Below, one piece after another: positions 1 to 9,716 of a stretch of DNA of 64,000 nt. A program made the translations under genes and the position numbers. Position 1 is the first letter of the stretch. Each line of letters opens with the position of its first letter. The notes below the pieces were generated by a model that did no database searches, was not told where the DNA came from, and saw only the letters and a program-made list of their open reading frames with translations. Source of the stretch: Candidatus Hydrogenedentota bacterium (GTDB lineage: Bacteria; Hydrogenedentota; Hydrogenedentia; Hydrogenedentales; SLHB01); NCBI GenBank assembly GCA_963674865.2, contig CAXXYE010000008.1:160001-224000 (forward strand), in the 5' to 3' direction.

Positions 1-1
1 G

Positions 2-1387
2 ATGGCGAGCAATCGGGAGACGGTTAGCCGGCGGGATTTCATGAAGGGGACGGCAAAGGCGGCGTTAGGCACGGGCGCGGTGGCCGCGGCGACAACGGCG
101 CGCGCGGACGTGTACAAGCGGATTCTGCCGCAGACGGTGATGGGCGCCAATGAGCGTATCCATACCGGCCATATCGGCGTAGGCGGCATGGGCAAACGGG
201 ATCTCCAGTTCTGCATGCTCCGCGATGACATGCTGCCCATCGCAGTGTGCGACCTGTGGGAGCCGCATCGCAATCAGGCCGTGGACATCATCACCAACAA
301 GCACCCTAAGCCCTCCACCCACGTCTACTTCGAGGACATCATCGAGAACAAGGATGTGGACGCCGTCGTCATCGTGACTCCGGACCACTGGCACTCCATT
401 CCCTCGATGATGGCCTGCGACGCTGGGAAAGACGTCTACTGCGAGAAACCGCTGACCACCACCATCGGTGAAGGCAAAGCTGTGGTCGAGGCCGTCCGCC
501 GCAACAAGGCCGTGCTGCAGTGCGGCAACTTCCAGCGTAGCGGTGCCCATTTCCAGGAGGTGGTCGACCTGATCCGTTCCGGCTACATCGGCAAGATCGC
601 CCGCGTCGAGACCTGGATCCACGACGGTATGAAGATTGAGGGCATGGGCAGTCCGCCCGACCAGGACCCGCCGGAAGGACTGGACTGGGAGCGCTACCTG
701 GGCTGGACGCCGAAGGTGCCCTTCAATCCCAACCGGTTCATCTACAATTTCCGCTGGTTCCTCAACTATTCCGGCGGAAAAATGACGGATTGGGGCGCGC
801 ATCTCATCGATATCGTCCTGTGGGCCATGGGCGAAGAGAACCAGCCCAAGACCGTCACCGCGCAGGGCGGCAAGTTCATCCTCACCGACAACCGCACCAC
901 GCCGGATACGCTCGAGGTGCTCTACGAGTTCGACGACTACATCCTCAGCTTCTCGAACCGCGTCTACAACGGCTTTGTCGAGCGCAACCGCTACGGGATG
1001 ATGTTCTACGGCACCCTCGGCACGCTCTACGCCGATCGGCGCGGCTACGAGATATTCCCCTTCCGCGCAAATGGCGGCTGCGAGCCGCGCAAGATCGAGA
1101 ACGTCCGCGAGATGGACATGAACATCGCCCACTGGCAGAACTTCGTAGAGTGCATCAAGTCCCGGAAAGACCCCATCAGCCACGTCGAGTCGGCCTACAA
1201 CACCGCGCGCGTCTGCCACATGGGCACGTGTGCCTACGTCGCCGGCGGCAAACTCGACTGGGACTCCCAAGCCGACCGCTTCACCGGCAAGCCAAAGGCT
1301 CTCGTCAAGAAGGCCAACGCCTTCGCGTACCGGGAGTACGAAAACGGCTGGTCGCTGAAGGCTCCGTATTGCAAAGCCTGGGCATAG
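2..1387 (+). CDS. Gfo/Idh/MocA family oxidoreductase, Tat-exported
   Basis: SRRDFMK Tat motif; GHIGVGGMG nucleotide-binding motif; TPDHWH and YCEKP motifs. Confidence 0.9.
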   Translation: MASNRETVSRRDFMKGTAKAALGTGAVAAATTARADVYKRILPQTVMGANERIHTGHIGVGGMGKRDLQFCMLRDDMLPIAVCDLWEPHRNQAVDIITNKHPKPSTHVYFEDIIENKDVDAVVIVTPDHWHSIPSMMACDAGKDVYCEKPLTTTIGEGKAVVEAVRRNKAVLQCGNFQRSGAHFQEVVDLIRSGYIGKIARVETWIHDGMKIEGMGSPPDQDPPEGLDWERYLGWTPKVPFNPNRFIYNFRWFLNYSGGKMTDWGAHLIDIVLWAMGEENQPKTVTAQGGKFILTDNRTTPDTLEVLYEFDDYILSFSNRVYNGFVERNRYGMMFYGTLGTLYADRRGYEIFPFRANGGCEPRKIENVREMDMNIAHWQNFVECIKSRKDPISHVESAYNTARVCHMGTCAYVAGGKLDWDSQADRFTGKPKALVKKANAFAYREYENGWSLKAPYCKAWA

Positions 1388-1392
1388 CGCAC

Positions 1393-2589
1393 GTGAGTAC
1401 GGCCAATCATTCCGGACTCTCTCGACGCACCTTTCTCTCGATTGCGGGAGCGGCGCTGGCCGGCCCTGCGGGCGCGGCGTCATTCCAGCGCGTCCGTCGA
1501 GCGAAGACGGAAATCCGTCTTGGCCTGATCGGCTGCGGCATGCGTGGATCTTCGCTGCTACGCGAGAGCCAACGATTGGACAAAGCGGGCGCAAACATCC
1601 GCCTGGCGGCCCTCTCCGACGCCTACGCGCCGCGCGCGCGCCGCGCCGCCGCGGCATGTGGATCCGAGGTGGCCACCCACTGGAAGGCACTTGTCGAGCG
1701 AAACGACCTCGACGCCATCGTCATCGCCACCCCATCGCACTGGCATGCATCCATGACGCGCGCGGCGATAGACGCCGGCAAAGACGTCTATTGCGAGACG
1801 CCCATGGCCTTGTCCGCCGCCGAAGCCCGCGAAGTGCTCACCGTGCTGCGCGACTCCGACCGCGTCGTGCAGTTCGGCGCGAACGCGACTTCCGAGCCGC
1901 AGTGGAGCGTTGCGCGCGATCTTATCGACGGCGGAGCCATTGGCCCCGTCCAATGGTGCCAGGCCTATGCCCATGTGGGCGATGCTCCCGAACAGCCCGG
2001 GCCGGCCGCGTCGATAGCGCGCGCCGAGCTCGACTGGGATGCCTTCCGCGGGCCGGTTGAGCAGCCGTTCGATCCCGAGCGATTCCGCCATTGGCGGCAC
2101 TACTGGGACTTCTCGGGCGGCGTCGCCACCGAGTCCTTCTACGGCACGCTGGCTGCGCTTCTCGTAGCGACCGGCGAGCGGTATCCTACCCGCGTCGCTG
2201 CGGCGGGCGGCATATACGCATGCGATGGCCGCGAGACTCCGGACTCCTTCGTGATGATGGCGGAGTATGCCGGCGGCGCGCGATTCGTCATGGCCTCCTG
2301 CCTCCCGGGCCGTGGTGGCGCACCGAGCGCCTTCATTCGCGGCGCCGAAGGTACGCTCGAACTCCTTGGCGACCGCGTTCGCGTCACCCCGGAGGGCGCC
2401 CCTGCCTACGATGTGGCGTGCGACGCCCGTGCATCGCACCTCGATAACTGGCTCACGTGTATGCGAACGCGCGAAACGCCCGTCTGCGGCCCCGAACTCG
2501 CCTTCCGCGCGATGGCCGCTGCCGGCCTCGCCGTCGAGGCATATCGGGGGCGCAAGACTGTCATCCCCGACGCCGTGTGCCTCGCATAG
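1393..2589 (+). CDS. Gfo/Idh/MocA family oxidoreductase, Tat-exported
   Basis: GTG start 5 nt after previous stop; SRRTFL Tat motif; GLIGCGMRG, TPSHWH, YCETP. Confidence 0.85.
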   Translation: MSTANHSGLSRRTFLSIAGAALAGPAGAASFQRVRRAKTEIRLGLIGCGMRGSSLLRESQRLDKAGANIRLAALSDAYAPRARRAAAACGSEVATHWKALVERNDLDAIVIATPSHWHASMTRAAIDAGKDVYCETPMALSAAEAREVLTVLRDSDRVVQFGANATSEPQWSVARDLIDGGAIGPVQWCQAYAHVGDAPEQPGPAASIARAELDWDAFRGPVEQPFDPERFRHWRHYWDFSGGVATESFYGTLAALLVATGERYPTRVAAAGGIYACDGRETPDSFVMMAEYAGGARFVMASCLPGRGGAPSAFIRGAEGTLELLGDRVRVTPEGAPAYDVACDARASHLDNWLTCMRTRETPVCGPELAFRAMAAAGLAVEAYRGRKTVIPDAVCLA

Positions 2590-2766
2590 CCATCACGGCC
2601 TTTCTTTCTGCCAGGTTTCGCCCCACTCGAACGCTCTGCCCGCGGATCTTCTCAAGATTCACGGCATACTTCCGAATAGACGAGTGTTCCTCTCGAAAGG
2701 CGGTAAACAGCCGCCCAAGTGAAGTCCACAAGGCAGCGAAAGGCCCTTGAATCGGGAGAAACCGTT

Positions 2767-3417
2767 ATGAGGAAACAGATTATAGGCCTCGCTTCGGGCG
2801 TGGCGCTTGCCGCCGCGCTGCTGCTGCTAGCCGGAGTCACCGAGGCCGCCGAGACTCAGAAGGGTGATGTCTACGCCCTGGACACGTGTCCCGTCCTTGG
2901 AACGAAGCTGGGCTCCATGGAGCAGGCCGTCAAGTATGACTACAAGGGCCGGCAGGTCCGCTTCTGCTGTAAGGGGTGCATATCCCAGTTCAAGGCGGAT
3001 CCGGAGAAATACCTCAAGAAGGTCGATGAAGCCCAGGTGAAGCAGCAGCTCCCCTTCTATCCGCTCAAGGCCGACATTGTGAGCGGCGCACCCCTCGAGA
3101 AGGGCACTGCTATCGACTATATTCACAACAACCGGCTGGTGCGCCTCGCGTCAAAGGAAAGCCTCGCCGCCTTCAAAGAGGAGCCGGACAAGTACTTGGC
3201 GAAACTGGATGAAGCCGTCATCGCGAAGCAGAAGGCGGCCTATCCTCTGGGCACGTGCCTCGTCTCAGGCGCGGAACTGGACAGCATGGGCGGGGGCGTG
3301 GATTACGTGACGGGTGATCGCCTCGTCCGCTTCTGTTGCCGGGGATGTGTAGCAACATTCGAGAAGGATCCGGCCAAGTACCTCAGCAAGCTCGATGAGG
3401 CGGCTCAAGAGAAGTAG
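2767..3417 (+). CDS. Exported protein with three YHS/TRASH-like repeats (putative metal binding)
   Basis: Signal peptide; repeats CPV..G..RFCCKGC...DPEKYL and CLVSG...RFCCRGC...DPAKYL; GGAG upstream. Confidence 0.7.
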   Translation: MRKQIIGLASGVALAAALLLLAGVTEAAETQKGDVYALDTCPVLGTKLGSMEQAVKYDYKGRQVRFCCKGCISQFKADPEKYLKKVDEAQVKQQLPFYPLKADIVSGAPLEKGTAIDYIHNNRLVRLASKESLAAFKEEPDKYLAKLDEAVIAKQKAAYPLGTCLVSGAELDSMGGGVDYVTGDRLVRFCCRGCVATFEKDPAKYLSKLDEAAQEK

Positions 3418-3474
3418 CCTTGAAGGCGCAGGGAAGGGGCGCGGCATTCACTGCTCCGCTCATGGAGAGTGGCC

Positions 3475-3536
3475 GGCCGAGGCGGCATCGAAGGATTGAA
3501 GGATCTTTTGGGGCCGCCTCGGCCTGTTGCTTTTTT
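3475..3536 (+). terminator. Putative intrinsic terminator
   Basis: 12-bp stem ggccgaggcggc/gccgcctcggcc followed by a T-run, between convergent genes. Confidence 0.55.
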
Positions 3537-3548
3537 GCATCCCACGCA

Positions 3549-4289
3549 TTACGTGCTTCGCTCGAGCAGGCACAGAAGGTCGGGGGAAGACGCCGCATCG
3601 AAAGGGCTTTGTCCGTAGTCGCCGAACACCTCGTGCACGGCCATGCCTGCGTCCATCGCAGCGTCAGCCACGGCGTCAAGCGTCCAGTGCTGAAGTACCG
3701 TTGCCTCGCTGATATGCCGCCAATTCCCGCCGTCCAGCACGTGGAATGTCGCGGACAGAAGCGTCTCGCCACCCCGTGGCGCCAGGCTTTTCACCGCAAT
3801 GACCTCGCCACCGTCAAGGTGTTTCCGCTCCACCCGGTGGCGGGGCTTCCGCGCATCATCCGCCTCGTAGTTGAGCAACTGGATTAGGAACAGCCCGCCG
3901 GGCGTGAGGGACGCGCCTATCGCTTCGCAGACCCGGAGAATGTCCTCCTTGTCCCTGAGTAGCGACAGCGAGTTACCCAGGCATATCGCCAAGTCCCAGG
4001 GGCCGCTTGGAAGACGACGCATATCGGCGACGATGTACTCGATGGAGGGATGAGGATGGTGAGCCCTTGCGTAGGCGATCATTTCGGGGGAGATATCGCA
4101 CGCTGTGACTTGGGCGCTCAGACTCGCGAGATACGCGGCATGAAGGCCGGTGCCGCATGCAAGGTCCACGACGCGGCCGCCGCGAACGCGCCCGAGCAGC
4201 GCCGCCAACAACGGGCCTTCTCGCTCCAGGCGTGCCTCACTTTCCGAGAAGATCGCGTAGTAATCCGCAATCGAGTCGAACGCAGGCAC
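3549..4289 (-). CDS. Class I SAM-dependent methyltransferase
   Basis: VVDLACGTG motif I, DISPEMI, ADMR, LTPGG. Confidence 0.85.
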   Translation of the reverse strand: MPAFDSIADYYAIFSESEARLEREGPLLAALLGRVRGGRVVDLACGTGLHAAYLASLSAQVTACDISPEMIAYARAHHPHPSIEYIVADMRRLPSGPWDLAICLGNSLSLLRDKEDILRVCEAIGASLTPGGLFLIQLLNYEADDARKPRHRVERKHLDGGEVIAVKSLAPRGGETLLSATFHVLDGGNWRHISEATVLQHWTLDAVADAAMDAGMAVHEVFGDYGQSPFDAASSPDLLCLLERST

Positions 4290-4352
4290 GTGCTGTACCT
4301 CGATTCAGGTTTTCCCGGCGGGGCGCGTAAGACTACGCGTGAGTCATTCGGC

Positions 4353-4907
4353 CTATTTCGCCCCGCTGTTGCTGGATTCCTTGGCCGGGCCGGCTGTGGC
4401 CGGTGCTTCCTCGGCGGCCTTGCCACTAGCCGCCGCCCCAGCCTTGGACTTCTCGTAGCGCTTCCAGACGGTTGTCCTGCCGATAAGCGAAATGCCGATA
4501 TAGCCGCGTACGTCGAGGGTTTTCGGATCCTTGAGCGTCATCTTGCACTTGTACGTCTTGCCGTTCTCCGGATCGTAGATGGTGCCCTTGGCCCACACGT
4601 TCTCTCCGGCGTACTTAAAGTCCTTGATAAGCTGGAGGCCGAGAAGAGGCCGATTCTTCAGTTTATCATCGGGATTCTCTCGATCATGTTTTACCTTGCC
4701 GGCTTCCTTATCGTCTGGCGGATAATTGGCCTCGCGGAGCCAGGCGATCTTGCCCGAGTATTTCCCGGCGGACTTCGTGATCTCGATCCGGCTCTTCCCA
4801 CCGTCTGTTACCCAGGTTCCAAGAACGGCGTCGGCCCCTTGTGCAAATGCGGGCCCGGCGATCAGGGCCATAAGGGATGCAATGAGAGCGAACTGAATGA
4901 TGCGCAT
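4353..4907 (-). CDS. DUF2147 family exported protein
   Basis: Signal peptide; GTW.T, D.ENPD..LKNRPLLGL, GTIYDPENGKTY, LDVRGYIG..LIGRT..W. Confidence 0.85.
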   Translation of the reverse strand: MRIIQFALIASLMALIAGPAFAQGADAVLGTWVTDGGKSRIEITKSAGKYSGKIAWLREANYPPDDKEAGKVKHDRENPDDKLKNRPLLGLQLIKDFKYAGENVWAKGTIYDPENGKTYKCKMTLKDPKTLDVRGYIGISLIGRTTVWKRYEKSKAGAAASGKAAEEAPATAGPAKESSNSGAK

Positions 4908-5061
4908 GACGGATCCTCCTCCGAGGCGGCTCAATACCCGGTTAATGAGGATAGCATGACCTAATAGCGGCCGCTCAATCAACACGGCACATTGACTTGC
5001 AGTTGCCGAATGACCAAACGGCGCCGCGCACACGACGTGTCCTTCAACTCGGCTCCCGGCA

Positions 5062-6643
5062 TGTCAAGACTCTTTAGAAATGTCACATGTTGGGACTCAT
5101 TAGAAATGTCCTATGCTCGATGGTTGCAGAAGCGAGTTATCCAAGGTCTGTGGTCAGGTGCGTAGCAGCTGTCCCCAGACCGTCATATCCACATCCAGCG
5201 CGAAGCGCGCGGGCGCATAGCGCTCGTCGAGGATGTGGATATGTGGGTAACTCGCGTGCTCACCTTTCTTTTGCGTTCATGAGAGGTAGGCGTTGGACGT
5301 TGGGCCGCCAGCGCTTGTAGGGCGCGGGGGGAGCGTTCTTCTTCTTGGGCTTGGCGGGGGGCTGGACCTGTTGGACTCGTTGCTGCCCTTCTCGTTTGTA
5401 TTGCTTGACCGTGAGCCTGCGGTAGTCAAGGTCCTGGTCTTTGTAGAGCAGCCTGATGCCGCCGTGCAGATGGGTGCGGACCAGAATCCTGTCTTTGGGC
5501 CGGGGCAGAGGACTGTTGTTCTTGAGGATTTGGTAGTAATGATTCCCGAAACGGACGGTCCAGTCGTTTTGGACGACGCGCAGTTCCTCGAAGCAAAAAA
5601 TGTCATGCAGCTCAAGGCCTTTGGGTGGAGGACGGTGATAGTCCAGTTCCTCACGGGGCGCAATGGCGAACTTGGCGTTCAGAGCGTCACAAAAGCTTTC
5701 GTAGAGCAGCTTGTCGGCGGTGGCGATGGTGGTGATGCGCCGCAAGGCGAGTTCCTTGACGAACCGGTTCTGGTATGTGCCGTTGGAGCGCTCGACGCGG
5801 CCTTTGGCTTGAGGCGAAGTCGCGGGGATGATGACGATTCCCAGCTTATAGCAGGCCTCTCCGAATTGAGTCAGCGGCTCGCGCCCCGCCAGTTGCTCTT
5901 CGAGCGTGGGCTCCCGGCCGGTGATGTAGACGTTCTTTCGGTCCGTATACAGCGCCCGAGGAATACCGTATTTCTCGATCCACCGCCACAGAAGCTGCAT
6001 GGCGGCCTGCTTCGTTTCTTGCTCGGCCATGAGCGCCAAGGTTTCTCCTGTGGCGTCATCTATCATGTTCATCAGACAAGTTTGGCCTTGGTCCGGCCCG
6101 AACCAGTGGTGGTGACTCCCATCCATCTGCACCAGCTCTCCGAAATGGGCTCGCCGCTCCCTGCGGGAGCGATGCCGGCGCCCGGTGTCTCCCTTCGCCC
6201 AGAGCCCCTGCTCAAGCAGCCAGCGCCGTAACGTCTCGTGGTCGATGCACAGGCCTTCCTCCGCCAGCTTCTCCGCGGCCAGGGTCGGCCCCAAATCGTG
6301 TTCTCTATAGCGTTCCTGATAGCGCCGAAGGACTTTGTCCCGGAACGCGGCAGGCTTGGCTCGATTAGACGCCCGGCCCCGGTTGCGATGCACCAACCCC
6401 TCATCTCCCTCTGACACGAAGCGTGCGTGTATCCGCAGCGCCTGCCGGTAGCTCACTTCCATGCGCCGCGCCGCTTCCGCCAGGGTCATATGCTTTCCCA
6501 CAACAAGCTCCAACAACGACTTACGCATCAATTCCTTGCGACTCATCTTCAAATGCCCTTCCACGGCAGCCCTCCAAGTGAAAGGCTCCAATTGTGACAT
6601 TTCTAATGAGTCGAGGGGGTGACACTATCAAAGAGTCGCGACA
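5062..6643 (-). mobile_element. Complete IS, IS1202/ISNCY-type
   Basis: TGT...ACA ends; imperfect 25-bp IRs (tgtcaagactctttagaaatgtcac / tgtcgcgactctttgatagtgtcac); internal sub-repeats gactcattagaaatgtc; 17-bp flanking direct repeat caactcggctcccggca at 5045-5061 and 6644-6660. Confidence 0.9.
5260..6564 (-). CDS. DDE transposase (IS1202/ISNCY, IS481-related)
   Basis: N-terminal HTH; GELVQMDGS.H.WF, IDDAT, LYTDR, SPQAKGRVER; GTG start with GGAGG upstream. Confidence 0.9.
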   Translation of the reverse strand: MEGHLKMSRKELMRKSLLELVVGKHMTLAEAARRMEVSYRQALRIHARFVSEGDEGLVHRNRGRASNRAKPAAFRDKVLRRYQERYREHDLGPTLAAEKLAEEGLCIDHETLRRWLLEQGLWAKGDTGRRHRSRRERRAHFGELVQMDGSHHHWFGPDQGQTCLMNMIDDATGETLALMAEQETKQAAMQLLWRWIEKYGIPRALYTDRKNVYITGREPTLEEQLAGREPLTQFGEACYKLGIVIIPATSPQAKGRVERSNGTYQNRFVKELALRRITTIATADKLLYESFCDALNAKFAIAPREELDYHRPPPKGLELHDIFCFEELRVVQNDWTVRFGNHYYQILKNNSPLPRPKDRILVRTHLHGGIRLLYKDQDLDYRRLTVKQYKREGQQRVQQVQPPAKPKKKNAPPAPYKRWRPNVQRLPLMNAKER

Positions 6644-6660
6644 CAACTCGGCTCCCGGCA

Positions 6661-6689
6661 TTGATTTGGAGACTGTGGAAGCCTAGAAT
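6661..6689 (+). promoter_or_regulatory. Putative sigma70 promoter for the sufC/sufBD-like operon
   Basis: TTGATT-17 bp-TAGAAT immediately after the IS target duplication. Confidence 0.4.
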
Positions 6690-6777
6690 ATCCGTGAACG
6701 TTCCCTCATGCGGACTCGGGCCGTCCGCACATCAGGCTACTGGCGCTTCCACACTTGACGCAGGAGAAATTGCTTCC

Positions 6778-7524
6778 GTGGGCATCCTTGAACTCGATCA
6801 TGTAACCCTTGCGCTTGGCGGTAAGCGCGTTCTGAATGATGTGACCGCCGACTTCTGGGCAGGCCACATTCACGCGCTCATTGGCCAGAACGGTGCGGGC
6901 AAGTCAACCCTGGCCGGCGCCATCATGGGACTTCCCGACTACCGCCACCTGTCCGGCGACATTCGCTTCGAAGGGGCCTCCATCAAGGACTTGCCCGTAG
7001 ACGAGCGCGCCCGGCGAGGCATCACACTGGCCTGGCAGGAGCCGGCCCGGTTCGAAGGGCTGACGGTTCGGAAATTCGTAGCCGCCGGTGCGAAAGACAA
7101 GAGTCGCGAGCGCGTGGCTGCGGCACTCGAAGCGATGGGCCTGGAGCCAAAGGAGTACCTGGATCGCGCCGCCGACAAGACGCTGAGCGGGGGAGAGCGG
7201 AAGCGGGTTGAGCTGGCCTCGATCCTGGCCCTTGATCCCAAGCTGGTCCTTATGGATGAGCCTGATTCCGGTATTGACGTGGCCGCGCTTGATCACATCT
7301 TCCGGGCGCTGGACGACCTCAAACAGAAGGGCGCCACGGTGATTCTTATCACCCATAGCCTTACCGTGCTGAAACAGGCCGAGCACGCGTTTCTCATGTG
7401 TTGCGGGCGCGTGCTCGACAAGGGGTCCGTGGACAAGATCGGCGGGTACTTCGAGAACAAGTGCATCCCCTGCGACCACGTCAACGTGCCCGATGCGAGT
7501 GAGATTGCCGAGGTGGCCTCATGA
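6778..7524 (+). CDS. sufC: SufC/SmsC-like ABC ATPase (Fe-S assembly)
   Basis: GQNGAGKS Walker A, LSGGE, MDEPDSGID; C-terminal Cys (MCCG...CIPCDH); AGGAG RBS. Confidence 0.8.
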   Translation: MGILELDHVTLALGGKRVLNDVTADFWAGHIHALIGQNGAGKSTLAGAIMGLPDYRHLSGDIRFEGASIKDLPVDERARRGITLAWQEPARFEGLTVRKFVAAGAKDKSRERVAAALEAMGLEPKEYLDRAADKTLSGGERKRVELASILALDPKLVLMDEPDSGIDVAALDHIFRALDDLKQKGATVILITHSLTVLKQAEHAFLMCCGRVLDKGSVDKIGGYFENKCIPCDHVNVPDASEIAEVAS

Positions 7525-8462
7525 GCAAGACGAAGGATGCTCTCGTAGAAGAACTGCTCGCCTCGATTGGAATGACGCACGCGCAATTGCTCGGAGAGGA
7601 CGTCGCCCGCCTCCAGGTGCATCACAACAAAGTCATCGGAAGCCACCTGCTGCCCGGCCTGGAAGTGGACGTAGACGAGAAACCCGACGGTATCGCTGCG
7701 GCTATTCGCGTTCGCGAAGGGGTGGCCATCGAGAAGCCGGTGCATGTTTGCTTTGGTATGCTGCCCGAGGAGGGGCTCCAGGAGATCGAGTTGGACGTCG
7801 ATATCGAGCCCGAGGCATCCGCCTCCATCCTCGCCCACTGCACGTTTCCCAACGCCAAGAACGTGGAACACAAGATGGACGCGAGAATTCAGATCGGATC
7901 GGGCGCCACCTACGCCTACTTCGAGCGGCACGTGCACGGCGCGGAAGGCGGTGTCTTCGTGCTGCCGAAGGCGAGCGTCATCGTCGGCGAAGGGGGGCGC
8001 TTCAAGACCGAATTCGAGTTGATCAAAGGACGCGTTGGAGCGATTGATATTCGGTACGACGTGGAGTGCCACTCCCGAAGCGTGCTCGAGATGATCGCGC
8101 GTATCAGCGGCCGGGGGGAAGACAAGATCACCATTCACGAGACGGGCCGGCTTGTCGGCGAGTCCGCACGCGCTGCGCTGACCTCCCATATTGCCCTGCG
8201 CGATGACGCCCGCGCGGAGGTGTATAACACGCTTACGGCAAGCGCGCCCAATACCCGAGGCCACGTAGACTGCAAAGAGATCGTCCAGGGAAACGCCCTT
8301 GCCAAGGCCGTTCCCATTGTCGAGGTAAACGACCCGACGGCGCACGTTACACACGAGGCGGCCATCGGCAGCGTGGACTCCAGGCAGCTGCAAACCCTCC
8401 TCGCACGCGGACTGACGGAAGATGAGGCGGTGGAACTCATCATCGAGGGGCTACTGAGCTAA
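7521..8462 (+). CDS. SufBD/SmsB family Fe-S scaffold
   Basis: ATGA overlap; RGHVDC.EI, A.AVP, THEAAIGSVD..QL.TL.ARGLTEDEA. Confidence 0.85.
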   Translation: MSKTKDALVEELLASIGMTHAQLLGEDVARLQVHHNKVIGSHLLPGLEVDVDEKPDGIAAAIRVREGVAIEKPVHVCFGMLPEEGLQEIELDVDIEPEASASILAHCTFPNAKNVEHKMDARIQIGSGATYAYFERHVHGAEGGVFVLPKASVIVGEGGRFKTEFELIKGRVGAIDIRYDVECHSRSVLEMIARISGRGEDKITIHETGRLVGESARAALTSHIALRDDARAEVYNTLTASAPNTRGHVDCKEIVQGNALAKAVPIVEVNDPTAHVTHEAAIGSVDSRQLQTLLARGLTEDEAVELIIEGLLS

Positions 8463-8551
8463 CCTGTGCTGCGTTTCGTGCCCGTCTTGACTATACTTGG
8501 CTTGGTGTAAACACCGGGGCATTCTCATAGGCCAGACAGGGAGGAAAACTC

Positions 8552-9670
8552 ATGGCGGCGGCACTCATGCTCTTTTCGGCTTTGCTCGCGGCGGATGAAG
8601 CGGAATCCGACCCATTTCCGGGGCGGTTCCGCGAAGACCTGGACGCGTCTCATGACATTCGGCAAGAGCAGTTCAATCAAATTAAACACTACGTTGAGCA
8701 GCTCGCCGGAAAAGCGGACGTCAAGCGCGCCGAATGGTTCGAGCCGGATTTCGCCGATATAGAAACGTATACAAAGTCGCTCGACCCCTTGCGAAAGCGC
8801 GTTCTCGAGCGCATTGGCTTTCCGCCGCCGGACGTCGCCTCTGATATGAAACCCCGCTGGACACTCGTGGCGGAAGACGCCTATGCCAAGATCTACCGCA
8901 TGTGGTACGAGGTGCTCGAAGGCGTCGAGCTCTACAGCATGCTCTGGATCCCGAACGGCCTCGACAAGCCCGCCCCGCTGATCATCTGCCAACACGGCGG
9001 CGACGGTAGCCCGGAGGTCATTGGAGGCGTGAGCGCGAAGGAAGGAGACGGCTCGTTCAACTACGGCTGGATGGTGCAGAAGTCCGTCGAGCAAGGCTAT
9101 GTGGCGTGGGCGCCGAGCCTCATCTTTCGTGTCGGGGGCGTCGAGGAAATCGAGGGGCCGGGCCGGCGGGCGCTCGACAAGCGGGCGCGCTATGTCGGCA
9201 CCTCTATCCTCGCCATCGAGCTGTGGAAGATCATGCGCGGACTGGACGTGGTGCTTGAACGCCCCGAGGTCGACGCGTCCCGCGTGGGCATGATCGGCCT
9301 GTCGTACGGCGGATGCTACACCCTCTACATGGCCGCGCTCGAGCCGCGCATCGACGTGGCCGTGAGTTCGTGCTTCTTCAACGACAGGACGCAGTACGCT
9401 TGGGACGACTGGGCGTACTTCAACGTCTTCAACGAGTTCACCGACCCGGAATTGTGCGCCCTGATCTGTCCCCGGCCGCTGATGATCGAGGTCGGCCAAC
9501 ACGATACGCTCTTTGACGTAGAACCCGCCCGGCGGCAGGCGGAGCGCGCCGGGACGTACTGGGAACGGCTCGGCCTCGCGGAGCGATTCGTCTTCGTGGA
9601 TTTCGACGGCGGCCACGAGTTCTGGGGGCGTCAGGCCTACGATTTCGTGAACCGATTCCTGAAACCGTGA
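8552..9670 (+). CDS. Alpha/beta hydrolase (dienelactone hydrolase/esterase-like)
   Basis: GLSYGG nucleophile elbow, ICQHGG, ICPRPL..E.G..D, GGHEF. Confidence 0.75.
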   Translation: MAAALMLFSALLAADEAESDPFPGRFREDLDASHDIRQEQFNQIKHYVEQLAGKADVKRAEWFEPDFADIETYTKSLDPLRKRVLERIGFPPPDVASDMKPRWTLVAEDAYAKIYRMWYEVLEGVELYSMLWIPNGLDKPAPLIICQHGGDGSPEVIGGVSAKEGDGSFNYGWMVQKSVEQGYVAWAPSLIFRVGGVEEIEGPGRRALDKRARYVGTSILAIELWKIMRGLDVVLERPEVDASRVGMIGLSYGGCYTLYMAALEPRIDVAVSSCFFNDRTQYAWDDWAYFNVFNEFTDPELCALICPRPLMIEVGQHDTLFDVEPARRQAERAGTYWERLGLAERFVFVDFDGGHEFWGRQAYDFVNRFLKP

Positions 9671-9716
9671 TGGAGCGCTTGGTGTTACCTCGGTGACTGC
9701 CCAAGGAGGGAACAAG

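Noticed and set aside
790..1392. N-terminal extension of the 599-aa ORF
   Set aside because: It overlaps the upstream oxidoreductase in another frame; the Tat signal indicates the real start is the GTG at 1393.
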